Source of the DNA: Octopus bimaculoides
Taxonomy: Eukaryota
DNA length: 45,801 bases
Assembly: GCF_001194135.2 (NCBI RefSeq)
Contig: NC_068986.1
Location: 90,286,945 to 90,332,745 of the forward strand
Direction: 5' to 3'
Shown here: one piece after another, positions 26,410-36,900 of the stretch
Layout: each line of letters opens with the position of its first letter
Position numbering within the stretch: the stretch's first letter is position 1
Program-made: the position numbers and the translations under genes
The notes under the pieces: model-generated
Seen by the model: the letters and a program-made list of their open reading frames with translations, nothing else
What the model was told of the DNA's origin: nothing
Databases searched by the model: none

Positions 26410-26595
26410 GGAGGAACATGTGGCTGTGTGGTAAGAAGCTTGCTTTCCAATCACATGGCTTCGGGTCCAGTTTTACTGCGTAGCTCATTGGGCAAGTGTT
26501 TTCTACTATGGCCTTGGGCTGACCAAAGCCTTGTGAGTAGATTTGGAAGATAGAAACTGAAAGAAGCCCATCATATCTATATATATGTGTGCGTG
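26410..26595 (+). mobile_element. SINE 5' part
   Basis: TGGCTGTGTGGTAAGAAGCTTGC..GACCAAAGCCTTGTGAG..GAAACTGAAAGAAGCCC, homologous to the 13600 copy. Confidence 0.75.
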
Positions 26596-27297
26596 TCATC
26601 ACATAATCCCTATAAAAACCTACTGCTTTCACACGCAACATAAGTGAAGGAATGTTTTATAAACCAGATAGTGATTTTACAAGCTAATTTGAGAGCAACT
26701 TCTTATTAAGTGACAGTAAAAAAGTATTCTTGTTCTATCTACCCTCCCACTATCTGTTACAACTATTTCAGTTTCCACTCCTTCAAAGTAGCATGTTGTA
26801 TATCAGCACTCCAACAATTATCGATATTCTATAAAGCTTAGGCGAGGATGACAATGGCATGGTGCTGCTACTGCATAGAGACATGATAGACCACAACTAA
26901 AAAAGGGCCACTCAGCTGATTAGTATAAAGTCAATCAGACAAGTTTCAGCCTCTGACCCATAAATGTGCTATCTCCTCTCTCTGTTTTACCACTACTATA
27001 ATAGCCTCTACTCCCTGGAGCTGGGTTAATTTCTGTCTTTCACCCTCTCATCATACTTGTTGCAACAAATCTCCCCAACTACTACACCAAGTTTTTCCCT
27101 CTCAGAATGTTAGAATTTCTGGAATGTCTTTCCAACTTAGGAGCTGATTTACAAAGGTCCAAGACGAACATTAATGACATCATTTTTACTGACCTAGGAG
27201 TGTCTGCAAGGGCCATGGGACTGTCTTTCTCTAGGCACTCGGCAAGTAAAAGAAAAAAGCTCTTTGCCCAATATCCTGTTAATCGAGGTATCTGTAA

Positions 27298-27530
27298 GGC
27301 ACAGGCATAACTGAGTGCAGGTGTGGCTTTGGCACAACCCTGGCTGTGTGATTAAAAAGTTTGCTTCTCAAGCACATGATTTTAGGTTCAGTCCCATTAC
27401 GTGGCACCTGTGTGACACCTCGGGAAAGTGTCTTCTACTATAACCCTGGGCTGACCAAAGCCTTGTGAGAGTCAATTTGGAGGATGGAAGTTGAAAGAAA
27501 CCTGTCATGTGTGTGTGTGTGTGTGTGTGT
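27298..27530 (+). mobile_element. SINE 5' part
   Basis: Same family motifs (GGTTCAGTCCCA..GTGTCTTCTACTATA..GACCAAAGCCTTGTGAG), ending in (GT)n. Confidence 0.7.
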
Positions 27531-28463
27531 TGCCTCATCTTGACATTATGGGATTGTTGTAGAGTAATGTCATTCATTTTTAATCTCGTCCGTGGGGAAG
27601 TATTTATTAACTTGCTTGGAAATAGGTACAGTTTGGTGATGGGAAAGGTATCTGGCAGTAGAAAATTTGCCTCAATAAACCTTAGCTAACTGATGCAAGC
27701 ATAGAAAACTGGATGTTAAAGCAATGATAATGATGCTCTCTTAAGTGTTGCTTCCCATAAAAGAAAATAAAAAAAATTAACAAACAGTAATAAATTAAAA
27801 CAAATTCCAGGTAAACAATTAATTTATTTAATGTGATTTACAGCTTAAAATATTACCTTCCCCACAGTAATTGAGTATTTACAGCAGTGCCTTGGAGGGC
27901 ACTGTAGGCATTTAAGGACTGATTGGATTTTCCGAGTGGGTACACAATATCAGAGTTTTGGATCTTCAAAAAAGCTATGGCAGCACTATTTCTCTCATTC
28001 TCTCTCTCTCACTTGCTCTCTTTCACTCAATAATTATTTATTTGGTTATGTAATATTATTACTGTGGTAACAATAACAAACTAGAATTTCTTCTGGAAAT
28101 CTCTTGACAAATAAGACAGAATTCACATGCCAAAAACCAAAATGAACTACAAACATTGTGAGTTGTACCAATTTTTTCTTTTTTGGAATGTTACTGTAAA
28201 CAACCATTACAATATACTCTTCAAGCTTTTTAACAATATTTAATAAAGTAAACACAGTTTTTATATGCACAATTAGAAATAAAACAAAAAAACATTGTTT
28301 ATTTCTTTGTTTATATATACACATACACACGTGTGTATGTATATAGATATATGTATATGTACGTGTATATCTGTGTACATGTATATATGTGTGTGTGTGT
28401 GTATATATATATCTAGCTATATATTCATTTGTGTATAAGTATATATTATTTATATATGTTATA

Positions 28464-28496
<33 letters not shown>

Positions 28497-29590
28497 TCTT
28501 TAAATATATATTTACATACATATACATTCACAATTCAATGTATGTAATGAGTTTTTAACAAGAATTACAAGAAAAAAAATAATAAATGCAACGAACCAGT
28601 CACTGTATTTGTGATGTACCGTCAACCAAACAGAACATTCTAGATTTCAATTTGGCAATAGACATTTATTTATTTATTTAAAAAAAATTTACTTGTTTTT
28701 TCATAAAATTTTAAAATTTTACATTGTCAATATGATTCTAAAGCTGGTTTCCAATATTTAAGAAAGGCAAGTTAAAAGTTCATTAATTTGCTTCCATGAG
28801 TGACAGAGTAGTTTATAGTTCAATTTTAGAGTGAGTGAGAAGAAATCCAGGGATTAAGCTATATTAAATGTTGAAATGGTAATCCTAGACTCACCTTCAT
28901 TGAAATATGTTGATTTCATTAACAAAGATGACCATTATGTTTCCAATGATTTCTATAGAATGGATCATAGATTCCGGAAAAATGATCTAAGGCTTATTAA
29001 ATGTGTAACAATTTGCCATTAGTACTCAGCATCAGTAAAAAAAAGATTTACAGGAATTTCAGATGAAATTACGCAAACCATTACATAATCTGTCTGACGA
29101 CAAACTGATTTTAGATACAGCAGATACCTTTGATGTATAAAAGTGAGCGATGTGGATAAGGATTTCTGTGAAAACCAGTTGGTGTCAAATATTAACTAGG
29201 TTCAGAGTTACTGTTTGTGGTAGAGAGGTATACACATTAGTCACTACAAGAAAGTAAGTCAAACAAAAACAGTTCTAATGTGTGTGTGTGTGTGTGTGTG
29301 TCTATATATATATATAATGATTTCACTTAGGTGTAGTGATACTAATAACCAGTAGTTAGAACTCAATATACTTACGTTTCAGAGTAAAGCTTCAGGAGAG
29401 TACAAAGCGTAATATCAATAAGTGAAGGACAAAAGAAGTTGTGTAATCACCTTCAATGAAGGTGATTACATAACTCCTGTTCAAATATGTATATAGGAAT
29501 TACTCTTAACAGTTTCATACGTTTTGTCATGGTAGACACAGAACTTTTAATTTGAAACAAACTACACACTGATTGCAATCCACTGTCTTT

Positions 29591-29636
<46 letters not shown>

Positions 29637-30570
29637 TGATTGACTACAATTTAACCATGGAACACACCAAATGATTTTATTTTTCAACACTTATGTGTTG
29701 ATAGTGGGATAGTATAACTGAATGAAAGATATNNNNNNNNNNNNNNNNNNNNNNNNNNNNNNNNNNNNNNNNNNNNNNNNNNNNNNNNNTATATATATAT
29801 TTATATATATATACACACTCACGCATACATACATACATGCATGTGTTTGTATGTATATAAGTTGGGGTGTTTACATGGTAAATTACGCATATTACCAGCA
29901 GTTGAACATTACAATATAGTTTCACAAATGTTCAACTTATCTAAATGATGTTATGAATGCAGGACAGTTTCCATTGAGATACTACCTGGTCCGTCATTAT
30001 TAACAAAGTTAATCAACAACTCTATTAATTGCAATGTCTCGTTTGTCATCTTAACATTAAATCCATTTTTAAAAAAATGATTACAAGCAACTGACATGTG
30101 GCAAAAGATTTGTAGTGGGAGAATGCATTTGATTGAATTGATCCCCATGTATGTCTGGTAATTTGTTTTATTGACCTGGAGGATAGAAGGCTATGTGAGA
30201 CCTCAGCAGGATTTGAGTTTAGAGAGAAATGAGATTAAATGCATTAAGGCCTTTAATCTATCACTCTCCTATTTTCTGCCACTTGATAATTTTCAGATTC
30301 ATCTAAAATAACAGAAATTATAAATGTGCCACTTGATTACATTGTGGACAAGTTAATACAGATCAATGTTAATAATAAAATAATTTACTAGGTTTTTTTG
30401 AAGCCAGGGAGATGTAGGCTGAATTTTGAAAACCAGACAGATACCAGATAGAAGTATCGTAATTCCATATATGATCAATAACCACAGGTTGTGAAAAAAA
30501 ACCAAAACTAAATATTAGTTACTGACAGTTACTTCAGCCAAATTCAGGAATCACTGTCACAGCGACTCCA

Positions 30571-30640
30571 TATGTGTGTGTATACATATAACACACACAC
30601 ATGTATATACATACATTTCATATATATGTGTGTGTGTATG

Positions 30641-30707
<67 letters not shown>

Positions 30708-30841
30708 ACATGTGTGTGTACATATATACATATATCTATATATATTTATATGTATATATTTGTCTATATATATATATATGTGTGTGTGTGTGTATACACA
30801 TATATGTGTGTGTGTGTGTATACATATACACACACATACAC
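30571..30841. repeat. Compound (TA)n/(TG)n/(CA)n microsatellite just downstream of the AP2S1 stop codon
   Basis: Direct observation; starts about 170 nt past the stop on the minus strand. Confidence 0.95.
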
Positions 30842-31008
30842 AAATTAATATTTTAAAACCTACTTAAAATGTTAGATGTCATAGTTGGTCAAGAAAGTCC
30901 ATTAATACTGGTTTCAAATGGGATGTCCAGACAATCTCCATTTCCCAAAACAAATGTTTCCCTATCTTGCACAATCCCTGTGGCAGAACATCATCTTTAA
31001 CAGACATT

Positions 31009-31110
31009 TCATTCCAATGAAGAGAGCATCAGAAGTTGTTTAAGAACCTTTGTCTGACTGGTCTCACGAATTTCTCCAGCAGTGAACATTTCATCAACAA
31101 CACTGTAAAC
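31009..31110 (-). CDS. AP2S1: AP2S1 coding exon 4 ([13 protein letters not shown]...SSLE*)
   Basis: Acceptor CTATCTTGTAG|GTT, 33 codons plus TGA at 31009-31011. Confidence 0.96.
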   Translation of the reverse strand, partial: VYSVVDEMFTAGEIRETSQTKVLKQLLMLSSLE

Positions 31111-33920
31111 CTACAAGATAGATGGAAAAGGAAAATTTATTATTACAAAAAAGATCACCCGACACTCTCTCTTCATTTTATATATACAGGTGCAGGCTTG
31201 GTGGCATGGTAAAAAGTTTGTTTCCCAACCACATGGTTCTTGGTTTAGTCCCACAGTGAGGTACCTTGGGCAAGTGTCTTCTACTATGGACCAAGGCAAA
31301 CCAAAGCTTTGTGAGTGAATTGGGTTGATTTGTTTGACAACACCCATCACGGTAGTGCTTCAGTGCATGAAGGTGCATGGCTTAGTGGCTAGGGTATTTG
31401 GCTAATGATCATAAGGTTGTGAGTTCAATACCCGGCAGTGCGTTGTGTCCTTGATCTGGTGCTTTATTTCACATTGTTCCAGTACACTCAGCTGGCGAAA
31501 ATGAGAAGTACTTGTATTTCAAAGGGCCAGCCTTGTCACATTGTATCACACTGAATCCCCACTGACAACGACATTAGGCACATGTGTCTGTGGAGTGCAC
31601 AGCCTGATTGGATCAACTGGAATCCTCTTCATTTTAACTGACAAAGTGCCAGTGCTTTGACATGGCTGTAGTCTAGTGTCTGAAACAAGTAAAAGACTAA
31701 AAGAAAGAATGCATTTTTCCACTCTCGGAGTGGTTGGCATTAGGAAGGGCATCCAGCTGTAGAAACTCTGCCAGATCAGATTAGAGCCTGGTGCAGCCAT
31801 CTGGTTCGCCAGTCCTCAGTCAAATCGTTCAACCCATGCTAGCATGGAAAGCGGACGTTAAACGATGATGATGATGATGATGATGATGGAAAAATTGTAA
31901 GGCAAGTGTTAATGAAGATAAGTTTTCTAATTTAAAATTCTTTGCATCAAGAATGAATGCAATTCTTCAAGTCCTGTGAAGGCAACACATTTGAGAGAAT
32001 GGTTGCTTTCAAAATAAACAACCCGTCAACTAATAGATTGGATCTGTGTTATTTATATGGGTAGGATGATGAACACTTATACTAACAGTTAATATAAGTA
32101 TTTATCATACTACAATGATTGATATCAAGAAAGCCATTTTCATTGGTTTTTACTTCATGTTAGCATGGGTTAGATGAGTATATTATTGTGACATTGTTTT
32201 ACAGCTTGATGCTCTTCCTATTGCTAACTCTTACCTGTTTTTCTTATAAAGAATCTCTTATTGCACCCATCTTTGAAGGTACAAAAGTCATAAAAAGACA
32301 AAAAAAGACCTATTTCAAGGAGAATAAATCTATGATGATGTCTAGATAACAAACCTAGTGCAATAGACTGGACACCTGATTATAATCAATAAACTTGCTG
32401 CTTACAGGTATACAACAAAGCAATGCAATAAAACAATATATATACAGCAAAACAATTTATAGAGAAAAATCAATAATATTGATAATAATATTGATTTTTA
32501 AAAAACTTTAGCACAAGGCCACAACTGACATTTTTTTCAGGAGGATAAGTATTAAAATCAATTAAACGATACCCAACTAATATGCTGAGTAATGATCTCA
32601 GACTGAACACCTCATCTAATGAAAATCTGAGATGACTCACATGTTAGTTCTGTGTCATACAACTTAATATGGAAACTGCTCAAACTTGACTGAAGTAAGT
32701 ACAGAGTATTAAATCAACGAATTTCTTCTATAATATTTAATATTTTAACTTAATGTGTACGCTCACAGTTACTTAGGTAACTGTGATGACTAGTGGCATT
32801 ATGGATTGTCTGTGTGCTCATCCACTACTTCGTATTACATAGCAGTTGATATTGAAAAAAAAAACTTAAGGCAAAAAGTACAGGAAATTGATCTCCTTCT
32901 CTCTCAATCAAACCAGTAATGATATTTGAGGAAGCAATACAGAGTAGCATGACTTCCTTCATCATCATCATCATCGTTTAACGTCCGCTTTCCATGCTAG
33001 CATGGGTTGGACGATTTGACTGAGGACTGGTGAAACCGGATGGCAACACCAGGCTCCAATCTAATTTGGCAGAGTTTCTACAGCTGGATGCCCTTCCTAA
33101 CGCCAACCACTCAGAGAGTTCATATAAGACAAATCTTGCAATGAAGTGGCAATATATAAACCAGCCGTCACCACTAGCTGACAACTGTAGGATACCTGGT
33201 TGGCTGACTAAATCAAAATAGCATAGTATGACTGGCTGCAACTGGTAAAACAATAAAAACAGGTGTCTTTGCTGTGTCACTCCAGGTCAGACTTAGCTGA
33301 ATAAACCTATGGCATGTAGTTGTCTGAACAACAAGATGTGATCTACAGTGTTGGGTATGCTATGCCTACATGTAGTTGAGGACCATACTTCATATTCTAA
33401 CATGCAGTAGTTAATTGTAGAACAGTCTAGGTATATTCTCTCTCTATTGTCCAGTCTGTCAATTTTACTGATGGCCTCCTTAGAAGAATGCCTGGTGAAG
33501 TCAGTTTGAAAGCAATAGTGATTATATAGATCTCTTTGGAGTCAACAAGAAACCCTCTAGATTAGTAGTTCTCAAAACAGCTTATACTGCCCCTCCCTAC
33601 AAGGACATTAAGAGCCATGAGGGGAGCAGTGAGTAATACATTAATTTTAAGTTTAATTACAGCCATTACATGTATTATATAAGGGTTAAAAATTTGGGGA
33701 AGTATTCAAGTGTTTGGGCCATTTGGTAAAAATGGGTAGGGAAACACTGCTCTATATGACCAATGTACATGCTAGAAGTAGCAACCAAATAGTCCTCAAA
33801 CTTCAACCTTGTGCTTTGTAAATGGATAATTCAGAAAATCATTAACTGCTCCTGAGACTTTTCAACAATGATTATTTTCCTCCAATGTTATCATAGGCCA
33901 CCAATCTTAATGAGGGAAAC

Positions 33921-33951
<31 letters not shown>

Positions 33952-36900
33952 TTAATGAAAATTAAACTTTACCTTGTAAAAATTAAACACAAGATCCAGT
34001 TCACAAACATTGTGGAAGTATTCATTCAAAACTTCTACAAAGTTATGGATCGCCTCTAGGTATACGAGATTGTTGTCGCTCACATCAACACATATACAAA
34101 AGTACAAGCCTGCGTAGCGGCGGTACACAATTTTGAAGTTTCGAAACTAAAAAATGAAGAGAGAAGAAAAAAATTTAGTCAAGAGTTATTTTATTTAGAA
34201 GCAATAACAGAAAGTTAATTTAGTTGTGAAGCAATGACAGAGGGCTACTTTATAAGAGAATATCATAATCACTATATTGTAACTTGTATGATGTATATTC
34301 ATCAATTACATGTATATTCTAATTGAACCTTTCATATAAAATGAGGCTAAAATTAATAATGTAATGAATAAATAAAATGTATGTTGGGTGTTTTGGTTCA
34401 AGCAATAAACAATTTTGTACGAAATGTTATTTAATACAATTTTGGTAACATTTTTAAAGATTTCCAAAATTTAGAAAATGTAAAGACAAACTTGTAATTA
34501 ACATCTAAAATTCGTTAAAGTTAATAACCGTCATGGCACCTGTGCCCAGCATCGCCTTCCTGGCACTTGTGCCAGATGGTACATGAAAAGACATTCGAGC
34601 GAGATCGTTGCCAGTGCCGCCAAACTGGCTCCTGTGCAGGTGGCACGTAAAATATACCATTTTGAGCGTGGCTGTTGCCAGTACCGCCTGACTGGCCTTC
34701 GTGCCGGTGGCACATAAAAGCACACACTACACTCTCGAAGTGGTTGGCATTAGGAAGGGCATCCAACTGTAGAAACTCTGCCAAATCAAATTGGAGCCTG
34801 GTGTAGCCATCTGGTTTGATCAGTCCTCAGTCAAATCGTCCAACCCATGCTAGCATGGAAAGCGGACATTAAACGACGATGATGATGATGATGAACTTAG
34901 TTGACCAGTGATATTTTGTAATGTTGGATATAAACATTGAGAAAGGAGAAAATATGGGAAGTGGTAGTGGTGACATTCATGTCTCTCCTGAAGAAATTAT
35001 TGTTTTTGAGACAATCCCAAGGAAACAAAACAGTGCAAGAAACACAAAGAATTTGTATTAGGATAAGGAAAATAATTTAAAAGGAATCAAAGTTCTCTTT
35101 ATAAACAATCTTAAATATGTAAGATCAGAGTCACTAGATTGTTAGCTGAAACCCTCACAATGTCATGTTGTTTCATCATTCAAAACATTACTGGGTCTAG
35201 TTTAGAAAGCTAAGAAATGCTATTAAACACTGAATGGCTCTGACTGGTCTCAACAGTTTAAGGAAATGCTTACCCAAGTAGAGTATTCTAAAGACTGTAG
35301 TATTTTTAATGTAATCTTGAAGCAGAGTAAATGTGATACTATATACGACAAGGAACATTTCATTTGACAGATTTCCAGACATTTTCTACCTAATTTCATT
35401 TACACAAGGCTGAGAGAAGCTGCCTACTCCAGGACTGCCAAGTGGAGAATTGAATCTAGAATCTCCTTTATTGAGAGCCGAACTTCTTTACCATTCAACC
35501 TCTGTTGTGTTGTACAAGCTACAAAAAAAATCTTTTCTAATACTTCGGATTAGCACTTCAAAATGACCATTGTCTAAAGACTAATTGATAATAGGTACGA
35601 CAAAATATTTCAGAAGTACTTAGTAAGATTATATAAGGGAGGTAACTGTGTTATAATGTCATAAACGTGCGTCGAATGTGATAGGTGGGGAGAAGTGAAA
35701 GCTTAAGATAAAGACTTGATCACAATGGATCAGATTTCAGCCCGTGATCATCATCTAGAATATTTTTACCCTTACTCCATCTACATTTCTCACTCTCTCC
35801 ATACACCCTTGCTACCTTTACTCATCCACTCTACACGTTCTTCTGTCTTCAGGTTTCACACTGACATTTTGTCACCACCATCTTTATCTCTTTCCAGCCC
35901 TACACTGTTTACACCCACCCATTCTTGTATCTCCTCTACAGCAAAAAACCTATTTTAGCCCCTTTCTTCATAATCTATCTAACCTTTCAATCACCTAACA
36001 TAAAGCTGCCTCCTCTCTACTGCAGCCCCACTCAGTTGATGGGGATCTTAACAGTGCAACCTCACTAGTGCAGGTATCACGAAGAAAAGACCCAGAACAC
36101 CCTGTAAATTGATTGGCATTAGGAAATAGTGTCCAATTATAGAAAACGTGCCAAAACAAACATTGGATTATGGCACATTCCTCTGGCTCACCGGATCCTG
36201 TCAAATCATCTGACACATGACAGCATGGAAGATGAAGATTGAAAATGATGATGATGATGATAAATGTATCTTTTCTAAATGAGTTTTCCCAGTGATCAAT
36301 GGAGATATATTAATATCAGATGGTAGATCAGTACTTTTCTGTGGGGAATTCTTGAGTCTTAAAGGACAGTTGAATGTTGGTGCAGGAGTAGCTGTGTGAT
36401 AAGAAGCTTGCTTCCCAACCACATGGTTCTGGGTTCTGGGTTCAATCCCACTGTGTGGCACCTTGGGCAGGTGTCTTCTACTACAGTCTTGGGCTGAACA
36501 AAGACTTGTGAGTGGATTTGGTAGATGGAAACTGAAAGTATCTTATTGTATTAATATCATCATCATCGTTTAATGTCAGCTTTCCATGCTGGCATGGGTT
36601 GGATGGTTTGACTGAAGATTGGCAATGTTTCTACAGCTGGGTGCCCTCCCTAATGCCAACCACTCTGAGAGTGTAGTGGGTGCTTTTCATGTGCCACTTG
36701 CTTCTATACCTGAAACTTCTCTAGTTCTGGTAGTGACTCAGCTATTAGAGCAAAGTTAGCAGCAAGGAAGAGCTCCCAGGGGCAGCCTGTCTTGAATTCC
36801 TCTGTTATTGCCTGGAGGACTATGATGAATAAGAGGGGGCTGAAGACTGATCCTTGGTGAACCCCAACTTCTACCTGGAATTCTTCACGATACTCATTGC

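Noticed and set aside
27194-27291. Possible minus-strand exon IPRLTGYWAKSFFLLLAECLEKDSPMALADTP
   Set aside because: No phase-compatible neighbouring exons, no recognisable family, and it abuts a SINE.
27975-27998. MREIV tubulin-like start on the minus strand
   Set aside because: It stops after 7 codons (MREIVLP*) and arises from a GA microsatellite edge.
30167-30172. AATAAA as the AP2S1 poly(A) signal
   Set aside because: It lies within a SINE remnant that carries this motif natively; use cannot be shown from sequence alone.
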